Part shown: piece by piece, positions 24,331 through 39,001 of the stretch
How positions within the stretch are numbered: the first letter of the stretch is position 1
Layout: every line of letters starts with the position of its first letter
Source: Vicugna vicugna
Taxonomy: Eukaryota
Direction: 5' to 3'
Assembly: GCA_013265495.1 (NCBI GenBank)
Contig: MU058636.1
Location: forward strand, 8,453,425 to 8,517,424
Length of the DNA: 64,000 nucleotides
Translations under genes and position numbers: made by a program
The notes under the pieces: model-generated
The model's database searches: none
Told to the model about the DNA's origin: nothing
What the model saw: the letters and a program-made list of their open reading frames with translations, nothing else

Positions 24331-25305
24331 CTAGGGTAAGTATTTTGGAGGGAACTGTGGCAGTTTTCTTGATGAATTACATTGGAAGTCTGGCACCGTG
24401 TGCAGAATATTCCTTGGCAAGGTGGCTGTCGATGCAGGTGCCCAGGGCACACCTGGGCACCACATGAGCAGAGCTCTTGGTTTGCAAGTTCCTCTTGATT
24501 CATTAGGACAGGACAATGGCAGTATTCGGATCACAGGGCTAATGATAAAGGAAAAGACCAGCTAGCGAGACGCCTTTGCTGCCGCGAGGTAACTCCGCAT
24601 ATCAGTGGACGTGTCAGGTTGCTTCAGAGCGGCAAGGGTTTTGCAGCTGTGAAAGGAAAGGCTGGGGGACCAGCTGTGACATTTTTCTCCCTCTTCATCT
24701 GTCCTTTTCTCCAGGGCCACCGTGTGAGGTGTCGGGCTCCCTTCAGGTACTGGCTCCTGCGGTCAATTGTCAGCGCCGCTTTCTCTCATAGCCACTCTGG
24801 CTTTGGTTTATCACTGGTTTTAAGCCCGTGAATTATGCCTTTTATTCTCTGCTTTGCTCAGTGGCTCCCTTAGGGAGGCAGCTTGCTGTGTTCATCTTTT
24901 AAAAACAAGAAAAAAGGCAAGAGGCCATTCCAGGATGTGGTCCCTCTGTCACGACTGCAGCTGGGCTCGTCCACAGACGATTCTGCATATTGTTGTCTGT
25001 AACCTTGCTTTCTAAGCATATAAAAATAAGTGATGCAAAATGCTAAGGTCGCCTTGTCAAACCAAGTATTCAGGATCTCACTCTTGAAATACCAAGAAGA
25101 GATCCCTTCCTCCACGTCCCCACTTGGAAAAGAGAATTTAATTAAAAGGTCCCATCAGCAAATCTTACAGCAGTAAGTGAGGGATTGAGAGGTACTCGTG
25201 CGTGAGCACGGTCACGTCTGAAGATGCGTTAGGAGGTAGGCACACTGAAAGTCATGAAGATTAAGAAACTATGTATATTGATAATTATCATTTAAAATGA
25301 CATCT

Positions 25306-25968
25306 GACCACATGATCCAGCAATCCCACTCCTGGGCCTACATCTGGAGGGAACTCTAATTTGAAAAGATATATGCACTCCAATGTTGATAGCAGTACTA
25401 TTTACAATAATACCCAAGACATGGAAACGAGCTAAATGTCCATTGACAGATGGCTGGATAAAGAATTGTGATATATATACAATGGAATACTACTCAGCCA
25501 TAAAAAGAATAAAATAATGCCATTTGCAGCAACATGGTTGGACCTGGAGAATGTCATTCTAAGTGAAGTAAGTCAGAAAGAGAAAGAAAAATACCATATG
25601 ATGTCACTCATATGTGGAATCTTAAAAACAAAACAAAAGACACAAATTAACCTATTTGCAAAACAGAAACAGACTCACAGGCATAGAAAACAAACTTATG
25701 GTTATCAGGGGGTAAAGCGGATGTGAGGGGATAAATTGGGAATTTGAGGTTTGCAGATACCAACTACTATGTATAAAACAGATAAACAACAAGTTTCTTC
25801 TGTATAGCCCAGGGAACTCTATTCAATATCTGGTAGCGACCTAGGGTAAAAAAGAATATGAAAACAAATACATGCATGTATGTATGTGTACGACTGAAAC
25901 ATTACGCTGTATGCCGGAAACTGATGCAACACTGTACACTGACTATGCTTAATTAAAAAAAAAAAAAA
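25306..25968 (+). mobile_element. Lineage-specific L1 3' fragment (ORF2 C-terminus, 3' UTR, poly-A)
   Basis: gatccagcaatcccactcctggg; encodes MPFAATWLDLENVILSEVSQKEKEKYHMMSLICG (L1 ORF2 C-terminus); A15 tail. Confidence 0.9.
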
Positions 25969-28900
25969 GCAGATCATTTAGAGTCTGAAAGGCAAATCCT
26001 GTTAGCATTTTTCCTTTAGTAACAATCCACTCTCTGATCCTAATTCTCTTGCAGTGACTTAACTGAAAGTATTTCTGTGGCAACGGGGCAGGCGTGAGTG
26101 TCCCGCCTGGAGTCCCTTAGCTGAGTGATGCTAAGTGACCCTAACAGAGAGAATGTTTCATGTTCTTCTCCCTTCGTGCTCAGGAGAAAACTAGAGAGTG
26201 GAAAACATAAAACTAAAGAAGTTAAAACCATTTTTCAGGACTTTGTCAAAAGACCTAGTATTTTTGGGTTCTGTATATTGCCCATTAATTTAAGCATTTT
26301 GTTTGGAAACCTGGTCTATGGTATTAAAAATGTTTCATATTAGTTGAAATTTTAGCCACATATTATTGCATTTGTCTCTTTTTACTTTAATTAAATGATC
26401 CAGACCTCTTGGGGAACAAACATTGGCTTTTAGTTTAAAAAGCTGAGCTAGATACCAATGCTTTTTTTAACAGGAGTTTATCTAATTAAAGTTACAAGCC
26501 GGAAATGCTTGTTGAGATGGAGATCCCTGATGATTGTAGGACACGCTGAATTTTGCAAACCAGTGTTTTAATACTGAGAAGGATATTGACTGATGAAATG
26601 TGTTAAGCAAAAAATTCAACAAGCGATATAAAATGCCAGAAGCTAGAAAATGTTTCTTCTTTTGTTACTGAATTTTCAATAGGCTGCCTCTTTGGCGGGA
26701 TTTTCATGATTTCCCAGACACAAGGCATTTCTCAATAATGAGTTTGCCTCCTACAATAAAAGTTTTGCTCAATAAAGCATTTCTGTTTTATTTATGCTCG
26801 CTCCCGTAAAGCGTTCCAAATGAAAGGTTCATTTACCTGGAACTCCCATCTCCCATAAAAGGAAGTCGAAAGTTAAAGAAAAAAAAAGTTAACGAGTTTT
26901 CAGGGCTAGCTGTCTCAGTATTATCCGGAAGCCATAAAGAGCAAGGTGAGATCACCGATGACGGCCAGTGCAATTAGCCCTGAGGAGTACTGGCTTCAGG
27001 CTTCCAGAGAGCAAGGGAGTGGGCACCAGCGTGACATTCAAGCAGCTGCTGGTGACAAGAGTCAGTGAATCACAAGTGGGAAGGTTTGCAGAAAGTGCCT
27101 CCAAGAACGTATAAACTGTACCTCCGGTTCCACTTCAGTTTTCTGCTTCAAAAATGTGGCATAAATATAAGCAAGGTGGGATGAGAGAAGGTAAGGCAGC
27201 CTGGTAAGGAGGTCCAGGAATCTCAGAGGCTGCTGGAAACAGTGGTAGGATCTGCAGAAGGTGCTGAGAAAAATCCAAAGATGGACCCACAACCTGGAAG
27301 GTATTGTTGCATTGTCATCAGACTCTTCAGGGAACCAAGACAGGACAATAGGAAGCACATTAGATGGGAAACAAAAGATTCAGGTTTCGTTTTTTGTTTC
27401 TATTTTCCCCCCAAGCTACGTCACCTGAAACACTGGGCAAGGGAAACAAGCTCTTTGTTAAAGGACATGACTGAGCTAAATGATTTCTAAGCTCCTTTTG
27501 AAGTGTCATGCGATCTTTAAGTCATGCCTTGGTTATGCAAAGTGACTGTCATTGGTACTTCAAAGCCACCTTTTAGTTAATGGGCAAGTGTACATCTCCT
27601 TGTCTTCATATGTCTACCCAGGGGCCATCAGCTGGATTAACCTAATTGAAAGGCATTCACAGCAAAATCGATTGCTTTCGGCATTATTTTCTTATGTACC
27701 TCCTCCTTTAATATTACAACCCTCAATCTACTTTTCATTTATCTTTTACTTTTCTTTATGAATACTTCCTGTTATTTATTTTCATTTACAGCCACGACGG
27801 ATAAAACTCAACTGAAAGTATGCAAACCAAAATAGGCCCTCATTCTGGAAAAGGAGTCCAGATAACAAGTCCATTTATTGCCTTCAGTTTGGTTAGGTTG
27901 GTGATTGCCCAGCGCCTCAGCTTGGCAGAGAGGAGGGCGGACTGAGACGAAGGGGGACGAGAGAGATGACTCACAATGTTTATTTAGCTCTGTCATAGAT
28001 TCCCAGAGCATGAAAGTATCCATTACCAAAAGTGAGCAGAATTCACACGGCTAGGGAAAAAGGAATGGTTTGAGGTCACAATTCATCGTGACTCCTCTTT
28101 CTAAGCCTCAGTTTGGATCTAAATATTCAAAGTTGGAGCTAGAGACTTAAAAAGAAATTTGGTTTTTTGACCAGTAGTATATGAGAAAGCTCTTTAACTT
28201 ATGCCATTTACCCTTTGAATGGTTGCTTGCATGGGAAGCCCAAATCAATGTTAAGCTCCTCTTCGTATCTAAGAAATGATGGTAACAAGATTCTTAAAAA
28301 TATGTTAACAGTGGGAGGATGCTGGGGGCGCGGGAGGGAGAGCTAGAAGTCAAACTCTTAGAGTGGTCCTCCATTATTTTGGTGGTAGCACAGATGGATC
28401 TCTTAAAATATTAGAGCAGGGCCCTACATTTTGTTACAAGTTCCATGGTATCTTAAAACCCAAGATTCCTTCTGCAATTACCTAAAATGTAAATATTAAA
28501 GGCAAATGTCTTTTGGGTGTGGCATTTATTTTTTAGACCCAGAAACCCTTCTTAAATTGAAATACTCCTATGAGAGATAGTATGATAAGCTAGTGTAATA
28601 ATTAATACTTTTTTCAAGGATTGAGTAAATAAATTTCTGACGAAGTTAAGAATAAGATGAGAAAAAGGACAAAGCTATTTTGATGGGGAAGGGAGTAAGC
28701 CAACCTGGCTTCTCTGAAACCCTTTCCTGTCTATCTCAAGGACGACATCAATTATTTGTCACACTGGTCTCATAGCATCTTGAATATAAATATATGGTAA
28801 TGTTAAATATGTCATGTAACATGTATTATGGTAATACGCTCTCATGTCCTTGTCTCCCACATTAGAAATGATGTCCTCGAGGATGGAAGCTATGCCTCTG

Positions 28901-29437
28901 TACCGCCTCGCACTCCAGCTCCCACTCAGTTACTGGCAGGTGGAACACTACCATGATTGCTTATTAAACCCAAGTCATTCCATTTATTTTATGCTCATTT
29001 TACTAAGTTGAACTAATTTTTTAAGAGTGAAATCAAACATTTGGAGTAAAATAATTTCACCCATTCTAAGGTCAGTGATAAAGTCTATAAATGAGGATGA
29101 GGACTGCACGAGAAGGTTGCATTATACTCTGACTTGGGTTTCTAACATCAGATATACGCCCGCACTTCCAGGTTCATGGAGAGACAGTTTATAAGAAAGA
29201 ACATAAGAGCCTTGCCTAACCACCTCTCTGTTTGCTATACTTTCTTGCCAGTCAATTTGTCTTTAGATTAAAATTGTTACTGAGGTGACAGGACCATCAA
29301 GGCCATTTTCAGGAGAGAGAGCCCCATTCGATGCTGGTAGCAATGCTGGTGGGTGATGGAGTTAACGAATAAAAATCATCTCTAACAGCATAACTAGATC
29401 ATAAACTAAGTCAAATAAAATGAGTGAATTAATTTTT

Positions 29438-29520
29438 TAATGGGGATACTGGGGATTGAACCCAGGACCTTGTGCATGCTAAGCATGCACTGTACCACTG
29501 AGCTATACCCTCCCCCCCAA
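29438..29520 (-). mobile_element. tRNA-derived camelid-type SINE with 11-bp TSD
   Basis: ctggggattgaacccaggaccttgtgcatgctaagcatgcactgtaccactgagctataccctcccccc; aattaattttt at 29427-29437 and 29524-29534. Confidence 0.88.
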
Positions 29521-30489
29521 ATAAATTAATTTTTAATTAAATAACTAATATTACTTAGTGATTCTAATATAAAGGCATATTAGAATACTTCCAAAGCAAC
29601 TTCTCTGAGAAGGTCCAAGTGATGAATGAATGTTAGGGTGGTAATTCCCTAAACATCACTAGGAGAACTTTGAAAATTAGGGAACTGAGTGAGAAAGAAA
29701 TGAAGAATGACCTATCCCAGATCAGTGGGTTGGCTGGAACAAAGCGTTACCTCCATGCCTCTTTTGTTGGAATTGCCTCAACTCTTGCTTTCTGATTTGA
29801 AAGACATTGTCATGGGAAGTATGATCTTCCAGTAGAACAGAGGCACGGCTCTGAGTGGTCTTAATATTTTTTTAAAACCACAACTTCTTGGCATTTAACA
29901 TGATTGAAAGTAGAAGCAAGACATTGAGCAATTGAACCTATTCTGGAATCACTGTTCTTGTATACGGCACAGCATTTTCAAGTTATAAACTTTGTTCAAT
30001 CATTTAGTTGAGGCATTTTAATCAAACATTCTATGCTCTGCTCAGAGACCTATATTAGGCAGTGAGAATAGAAGGTGACTGAAACAGACCCCTTCCTTCC
30101 AATCCAGAGAGAGAAACAGACAATGAGAAAGTCATGTCACAAGTGCCCAGAGGCTGGAATTCTGAATAGAGCCCTGAGTTAAGGGTCTACAAGAGAATGT
30201 GCTAATTCCCTGAGCCCTGACTGGTGGGGCTGGGAGACGCCTGTGTGAAGCGTGCTTCCTCTTAAAATCACAGTGGCTGCCCTCAGTGGAGGATATGGGT
30301 TTGGGAAGCCCTAGTTAATTCCAGTTAACCAGGCAGTTTCTTAGACAAGGTAGCTGTGCAGTAAATGTTCACTGAATGCAACCAGGAGGAACCAAAAGGC
30401 TAAAACGCAAAAAATATTCAGTAAGGAATCCAAACAGACTCAAGTACACAGTTTAAACAAACAGGAATGCTAGCATGCTGTGTTCTTAC

Positions 30490-30684
30490 CCCTATGGTTC
30501 CAAAACTTTCTGGCTTTCTTCTCATCTTTTTCTTGCACAGGTGCGTCCATATCCATTTGATCAGGTACCAGAGAGACTTGGGGCTTGGGATGACGTTGAA
30601 GGGAGTAGGCAGGGTGCCCCCTTCCTCAAAATAACTCATCCAAAGCTTTGTTCGAGCAAATTTCCACTCTATGTCTGCATGGTC
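30490..30684 (-). CDS. TRPC4: TRPC4 coding exon (about exon 8): [37 protein letters not shown]...[12 protein letters not shown] box
   Basis: 195 nt; acceptor gctcag|GAC, donor GGG|gtaaga; contains EWKFAR and LPTPFN. Confidence 0.97.
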
Positions 30685-33600
30685 CTGAGCAGGAAAAGAT
30701 GACAACTGCTGACAGGTTTCTTAATTAATAAGGTGAGAGAACCCTCACAGAGAGCCGGTAACCTGACTTTGAGTGGCTCTTGGAACATTAATTAAATTGC
30801 TTATCAAAGCACCACCGACTCCCGGAGATAGTCACCTAGATGTTTCAGACAATGGCTGACCGTGGAGAGGAGCCCCCGCTCTCTTGTCACTTTTCACCCC
30901 TCCCTCTTCTCAGAAGCGGACATGTAAAGTAATTCCATGTCAAAGAGACTGCAGTGGTGAGTGGTGACTTGAAGATGAATCCTCACTTCACTCAGTGTCA
31001 TTAGATTCTGGCCACGAGTGGGGCTTTATGTCTTACCCAAGGCCTTGAACCCCGACCTAGGTGCACGCTCACAGATTAGAATTCTGGTGTTTCCAGGAAA
31101 AGTCCTACCTGATATGCTTCCATGTGAATCCACCTTGTCCACCTTGAGGCAACAGGCATAAACTCAGAGAGAAGTTCCTCTAACAAATGTGTAAGAGGGC
31201 CTCTGACATGGTATTGACCTTGACATAAACTTGGCCAAAGAGGAGCATGGCTAGCAGCTGCCCACAAGCCTGAGGCCGCCCCCCCAATTATTTATTAATG
31301 ATTCTACTTTGTGAGTCTCCTGGAAAAACTTAGGAACATTTGTGGCAATGAGATATGGGCCAGCCACTCTCCTCTTAAATTAGCCACAAAGCTTATTTAA
31401 GCAGAAAATCTGGAAAGTAGGAGGTGGTAGAAACTAGGCAAACACACATTTTAAGAATTCAAAATAGTTCATGTTAACCCATTAATAATATCCAAACGAA
31501 CTCAGAATTTCGAGTAGACTATTGGACTATACTTCGTTCTAATAGTCCTCAATCACTGTCTGCTGATGAATGCAGATGTTGTGCATACATTTCTCCTCTG
31601 AACAGTGCGGATTGTAGTCTGGACACTGGGCAGACTGTGCTTTCAACGGGCATCACCGTATCCAGAAAACGCCTGGTCTTCGTTAGCAAATGTTTGATTG
31701 ATGGATGGATCGATTGTTGGAAGCACAGTTTCCCTCCCTTGTTCTCTCCTCTTCCATTTCGACCTCCTACTCCATCTTTTTTTCTAAGCAAGCTTATAGA
31801 GTCTGCTTTAATGAAGAAATGCAGATATGGTTTGCTGCAGTCATGGGGAGTGGGACTGAGTGAAACTGGCTTAAGGTCATAAAAAGGCAGTCACATAGGT
31901 GACGTGTTAGCCAGTGAGTAGCTTCAGTTCCTTCTGATTCTCAGGGAGTCACGAGTCCAGGACTATCCTGACCTCATTCTGTTCCCTTCCTGCTGCCGCA
32001 AAGCAGACTCTTCCTTTGTTCAAGGTTTGGGATTCTGAAAGGGTCTGTAGCAAAATCTCTAATGGTTAGAAAAACAAGGTGAAAAGTTCCAGGCCCGTGA
32101 TGGCTAAGTCACCTCGCTACCCACCTTCTAACTCGTAGTCAATATTTAAAGCTTTGCTTAGGTACTTCCTCTCCTAGGAACCTGCCCCGACTCCCATCAG
32201 TCTCAGCCGCCTCCTCCCCCCAGTCCACGTCGTGGTCCTCTTTTCTGTACTTGTCTCAATATTGAAATTACTGAATTTTTTTTCCTACTGCATGACTTTT
32301 TCCTTGAGGCCAGGGACTTCATTCTTCTGTGTGTCCCTAAAGTCAACCATATTCCTGGCATATACTAGTGCACAATAAATATTTGATCTACAAAGGAGTG
32401 AGTGAGAAGCAGCCTTCAGACATAGGCTGCATGATCACTTTTGCCTTTCAGTGACTGCATTCCCCTCTTTTTTTCATGCTTTACCCTAAATCTCTGAGTT
32501 AGGGATAGCAGGACAAAAAGAGAGACTTCGGGGTAGATCCCGCCACTGTGGAGCAGGTGAAAATCAAACACTTGGCATGTTCATGCTCCAAGGAGGCATC
32601 GTGTGCAGGATGCTGGGGGAACACCTGTCTCAGGTTCTCAGTGCCTGCTCACCTCTCAAGTAGCTTTAGAGTTTGGGCTAAACAAAAATTGAGGTTTGAA
32701 GATCATTCTCATCTTTATAAGAAGTCACCTAGAAGGACTTTGCCTCACCCTGAAGCAAAAAGAAAACATTATACTATTCTTGAATAATATTCTCTTCTCG
32801 ATGAAATTGATGCATTTAATAGCATCCGAATTGTATATACAGCTTCTCTGTATATAGCTTGATAATTAGAGGCTTTCTAATATTTTTGGAAAGGTGATCT
32901 GGAAAATAGAATCCACATTTTCCAAATGTGTTGACTAGAGGAATACAGAACTTTTGAAGAAAAAAATATATATATTTGGACTACCTAAGTATATATATGG
33001 ACTATCTATAAAGTTTCAGTTTGTGAGCTGCTTAAATGGAGTTCCACAAATTCAGATATTTATCCTCAAATCCTAGGACCTAGGTGTATTCAGTGGGAAC
33101 ATTTTAGTCTTGGAATCAGTAAATAAAAATCATTTATTCTTGTGGTTTATGCAGTTTTTCATCTGTGACAGGTGTCTTGCTTCCATAAAGGAATTTTAAG
33201 TAAAATTCAGAGTTCTGCTTCTCAAAATAACAATAATAACACCCCAGAGGCTTAGCAATAGATTCAAAGATGCAATATAATTGCAGTTATTTATGGAGTA
33301 CATGGGTAGCCTGTAATTACTCTTGTAAGATGCTACTTGTCTAAAGTATACATATATAAGTCTTAAGGAATATATTTCATTCCAGTGTAGGTTTGTGCTG
33401 TCACTGTTGCTAACGGCCATAGACATGTATCACTAGTACGCAAGCTCAAGGGGATAAAGGGCTTAGCTTCCTTGTTCATCACCGTTATCTTTCGTTCCTA
33501 GACCAGTACCTGGCAACAGAGTAAGCACTCAGTAAGGATTTATTGAATAAATAAATAAGCTAAGCTGTTTGGATTCTAGAGTTTCAAATAAAGACATATG

Positions 33601-34107
33601 GTACTGTGTATTCTGCTACACAACTCAAGGTTACTCCTACATGGCTTTTTTTCCCCCCTCTGGCCTTTAAGAAACTGAAAATCTTGTGCTTTTTCCCTCA
33701 GACTCCTCTCTGAGCTGGCTCTTGTATCTTGCTAAATCGGCATAAGTTTGCTTACATCAAGGCTCTAGATTAGATGGTCAAAGACAATGCAAAACTTGGG
33801 CACTGCACTGAGTTTCTGCATAAAGACGAATTGCTTGTTCATTATCCATGGCTCACTTACTGTCTGCCACAGCCCATGACTGCCTGGCAGAAGAAGCTGA
33901 GTTTATTTCCTAATCATCCATAATAGAGAAAAAAACCTAAATTTGTATGTAGCCAAATATGGTGATACTGTGCAGAAACTTCTAATTAACTATTGATATT
34001 ATAATTCTGATTCATCTCATGATTCAACTCAATGGCAGACTGCATTTCCAATGATAATAGGATGGAGTACAGCAAGGAAGAACACGTTCTAGGGGAAAAC
34101 TTATTCA

Positions 34108-34332
<225 letters not shown>

Positions 34333-34520
34333 TCATAGCTACATTAACAGAACCATTATGCAATACAATACAACAAGAGAATATGATTACTATTAGGTTA
34401 TATTTGATTAATTTAAAATAAACTTAATGAAAAGAATCAAACAAAATTGTTTTCATCACACTAGCACAAATAATGTTCTTAATTTTCCTAAGAGCTTTGG
34501 AAACTATTTAGTTTCCTGAG

Positions 34521-34838
34521 CAGGGATGACAAATAAAACCCACAACCTGTTTGCGTATGGCTCTTGAGTTAAGAATGGTTTTTCCTTTTCCCACTGGTTG
34601 GAAAGAAATCAAAAGAAGAGTGATTATCTTGTGACTGTGAAAATCATAGAAATTCACGAGGCAATGCCCATAAATGACATTTTCTGGAAACACAACCATA
34701 ACAGTTCCTTTTTGCATTGTCTATGGTTTCTTTCATGTTAGGAAGGCAAAGGTGAGCAGTTACAACAGAGAGCTTATGGCCCACAAGACCTAAAATATTT
34801 ATGACCTGTCCTTGTCATAGCAAATTTGCAAACCCCTG
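34521..34838. mobile_element. MER58B-like hAT-Charlie DNA transposon
   Basis: Terminal inverted repeats cagggatgacaaat / atttgcaaacccctg; internal gagttaagaatggttttt and ggcccacaagacctaaaatattta. Confidence 0.8.
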
Positions 34839-36104
34839 TCCCAGGGCACTGAGTAATAGCTAATAAATGATACATCCTTAGACTTAGTCTTTGAAAAATA
34901 TAAGTTCTTCTACCTGATTTTGCTGTTGGCTGTAGGAGGATTAAAAATAATGTTATCGTTATGGAGTTCCACATTTAGAATTAAACTTGCACAGAGTGAA
35001 TCCTGCCCAATGACAAAATGTCTCAGAGTGCTCAGATAATAACACTTGCTGCTTCCTTTAGCAAGTATTAGGGAATGTGTTATTCATTCCTTAACTTACT
35101 CCCCAAATGGGGTAAAGGGAATAGTATCTGAACCCAGATGAAGAATTGTTTCAGGAGGACCATGATAACACCTTAATGTCATGAAAAGTCAACAGAGCTC
35201 TTATACTCTTTGAGAAACGGTTAAAATAAGATTGTAGTTAAATTATATTTTAAGAACAAACCCCCAAACTATCTCACACTCGGCTTGGTGAGCAAGGATG
35301 CAGGATTTCAGTGGTCAAGTGTCCCAGGAAGAGCCAGTTCACATGAGGCCAGTGGGTGATGGTATGGCCTGATGTGAAAAGATAAGCCTGAACTGTCAGA
35401 TTTCCTCTCCATGGAAGTTTATCCTAGAAAGAGCAAGATAATGAGGTAGCTGTGAAAAGGGGCTGAAACGCCAGGAGTTACTATGCAGAATCAGGATCAC
35501 TGGAGTTATAAGAAGTCAGAGGTTGGAGACAGCACAAGCTAAGAAGCAGAGAATTGAGAATGAATATGCCCTCCACTAATAAGGAAACACTGAAGGGGAT
35601 TACACACAGAGCAGCTGAGTCATGTTAACCCTGGTTCTCGGAGTGAAAAAGCCCCATAGTCCAGCTGGATGTCCACTCCTGCTCTTCCAGGAGCCAGGGC
35701 TTGCTCTGGGCTCTGCCGTTGATAAGATCAATTGTTGCTCAGAGGATCAAAGGACTGTAAGCCTGCGAGTGATTCTAGTACCAAACTCTTGTTACTTGAA
35801 ACAATCCATGAATTTCTGTTCTGTATAAAAAGGAGAATCTAACTAAGGATGCCTTAACTGGTGTTCAGGACTTCTTTTCTCAAATATGTTGTTTTTTTTT
35901 TGAAGTAAACAATTTCATTTTTTTAATTGTATAATAAAATTTTAATTGTAGGATATGAATGTAATTTTTTACGTATTGACTTATTTTGCTGGAGCTGTTC
36001 AACTCTTCTGGAGGCAAATTATCATAAAGATTTTGGGGTGATTAACCTCAATCAGCCCTTGACTTGCCAGAAGATTGTACATTGTGAGGAGCTGACCATG
36101 TATT

Positions 36105-36361
36105 CTTTTATTTTTATTTTTCAATGTATTTTATTTTTATTGATATATTTATAATAAAATATTAATATAGTTCATTTATTTATTTTTAAATTGAAGTAGA
36201 ATTGATTTACAATGCTGTACTAGTCTCTGGTGTGCAGCATAGTGATTCAGTTGTACATATGTATATTCTTTTTCATCATAAGTTAATACAAGCTATTAAA
36301 TACAGCTTCCTGTGCTATCCAGTAGGGCTCGTTGTTTATCTGTTTTGTTTGTAGTAGTTTG
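36105..36361 (-). mobile_element. L1 3' end (cetartiodactyl-type) with AT-rich tail
   Basis: ttgaagtagaattgatttacaatgctgtactagtctctggtgtgcagcatagtgattcagt...cctgtgctatccagtagg. Confidence 0.8.
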
Positions 36362-38687
36362 ACCATGTTTGCCTTTTTTCTTTTCTTTTCTTTCTGGAAC
36401 ATGTATTCTTAAAGGACAACTAGACGTCAGGTTATAACATTGTCAGGGAGAGTTTAATCTAATTTGCCGGCCCCAAACAAAGGCCACTAGAAGTTCTTTT
36501 TCGAAAAATTCCTCAGAAAAAAAGTAAATTTGACCCAAGGCCATGAGGTCTTTATTTTTAGTAACTTTAAGGACAATTTCTAAGATTAATGACAGTGTCA
36601 TTGGATCCAATGTGAAATGATTTTGTTCTTTTTTTCTAAATAGTGTATCTTCTCACTGTGAATATACATACATAATTCAACTGGTTTTCCCCTGACATCA
36701 ATAGCAGTTCAGCGAGAGAGAAGTTACATGAGAGATATAATAAATTACATAAAATGTTGCCACATTAATCCCATAACAGTTACTTTCCTAAATGTTCAAA
36801 CGAGGTGATGTGGAATAAAAGAATGGTTATGGCTGACTAATACTGATTTGTTTTTGTATAAATAAGAACTATTAATCATTAAGAAATATTAGCAAACCCA
36901 TTGGCAAAGCATTTATTTACATTGTTAATTAAAATTTGAAAATGAGGAAATTCAAAACAAGATGACATTTTGTGATTAACTCTGAATTTCATTCTTATTT
37001 TTATTTTCCTTTCATTTTTTTCAGTAGAATGAATCAGAAGTAAAATTGGCAGGTTAGTTCCACTTAACCTGAATTAAAGAAGATCTGAGGTGGTAACTGA
37101 GTTCTGGGTGCTGTGTGGAAGTTCCTTCTGGATGACAAAGCATGGACTCAGAAGGAGATGGCAGCAGATATGGATGGGGTGGCCTTCGGCAAGCACTTTG
37201 CATCAGGGCACAAAGTGCAAAACAACGGGGGATGGTGAGAGATGGAGCCTGCCAAACGGCCCTCCATCAGAAACCCAGGAGGCCAGTCAGCAGACAGACA
37301 CCATCCAAGAAATTTGTCAGAAGCAGATTCTAATCTGTGAAGGGGGAGGTTGGTGGATTCCACCATTGTAAATCCGTAGTCCTCGTTGCCAGAGGCAAAT
37401 GACCAAGTCAAGGATCCCAAGTGGGTGGAGAAAGACATGGTCTCATAGGAAAACTGAGACACAATCCATGGCCATTAGTCACCAGGATGTTGCTGCAAGA
37501 GGTTTCCCTGAACTGGGCAAGAAAAAGCCTCAGGAAGACGACAAGGCTGAGCAGGCTCGTTGGGCTGGGGGACAGACCGCTGCTTAAGCCCAGAATAGAC
37601 GGGCTGGGAACAGGCCATGAAGGGACACGGGGGAGCTGAGATGAACTTTGTTTTCTTTATGATTCATCGTTTGTATCAAATCAATTTCTGAATGGATTTG
37701 AGGCAGCTAAGGCTGTGATGAAAACTGTGATTATTTATGTATAAATAATCAGATGCTGGTGAATTAAAATGGGGGTTTTCAATACTGGGATCAGAGAAAA
37801 AACAAATGCAGAATTGAACCAACAAGAATATTTTCACCAAAAGTGATTCGGTTTATGTGAAGTTATTGATTTTCTCCCACTTGAGAAATGGCTGTACTCT
37901 CTTAGATTCCATAAAATTCTGTAATGGCTGCCTGACTTTTAAAGTCATCTACAAAATGACCATGTGTTCATAGGTGTTTACTGCGCAGAGAAAAATCACT
38001 TAACTTCTTAATTCATCTATAAATTCACTGCGTGTCTCACAGTGGCCTGTGGGCAGGGAAGAAATGGCCGTGGACGTGGAGAGGCGTTTTCTATCAGGGC
38101 TGTGTGAGTGTGGAACACAGTGGTCATGAACCTGTGCTGTTAATGAACCTGACTGAGAATGACCAGAGCTTGACATGAGACAAGTCCAGATGCTCATCAG
38201 ATGTAAGAGCACAGAAAGTTTTCTGTGCATCATAATAATGGTTTAGATTAGCCTACAGAGTTAGGTCTCTATTTTGAATTGTTTCTGCCTGCTTAGATTT
38301 TTGTGTAGGGAACCCCAGGATAAAAGAGACATGTGAAAGGACTTTAGTATCTGGAAAACGCCTGAGAAAAGATTGAAAAGCATTTGGATTTTCTTCCATG
38401 ATTGGTTTTACATACATTCCCTCTCTTAATGTCCTCATAAGCTGTCAATGGACACAAGTTTCCTTTTTATTTCACATTTTAAAACAGTATATATAACTGT
38501 CTTTTATATGAGGTCATTTAAAAGAAAAGACCATTTTACTAAAACTTAAAATAAATGTACTGGATATTTCTGTTTCTGCACTAAGCACATTTTTTTCTTT
38601 GCAAGCACTTGTCACGGTTCAAATTCAATATGTAATACACTCAAAATTCTGCCCAACATTTCCGACAGAAATGTCTGTCCGACTTAC

Positions 38688-39001
38688 GTTGAAAATGCAT
38701 TGTTCTGCTTTTCACATCGTATGCCTTTGCAGCTTAACCCTTTTGTTTCTTCGTAATAGAAGTACAACTGATTTAGGCCGTTTGCAAATGCTAGCAGCAC
38801 CAGGCAGTAGATGAATAGAAACTTCAGGATGTCCAGGAGCATTCTTCCCAGAGAGATCTGCAGGGGCCCCAGGTGAGAATTTGCAGTGAACAGTGAGATC
38901 AGGCGCAGGGAACTGAATATGTTTGCAATCGCAAATAAAGCTTCAGCCACCAGAGTGGGATGCCACATGTCCCACGATTCTCGGGGATTAAGAGCACTGT
39001 A
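38688..39001 (-). CDS. TRPC4: TRPC4 coding exon (about exon 6): [26 protein letters not shown]...[23 protein letters not shown]4, S5, extracellular pore loop
   Basis: 314 nt; acceptor ctccag|TAC, donor AC|gtaagt. Confidence 0.97.

Noticed and set aside
25517..25726. ORF MPFAATWLDLENVILSEVSQ...
   Set aside because: Remnant of the L1 ORF2 C-terminus in a truncated element, not a host gene.
29438..29520. tRNA-like sequence (also at 4830, 17970, 57060 and 61980)
   Set aside because: SINE heads with A/T-rich tails (some with TSDs), not tRNA genes.
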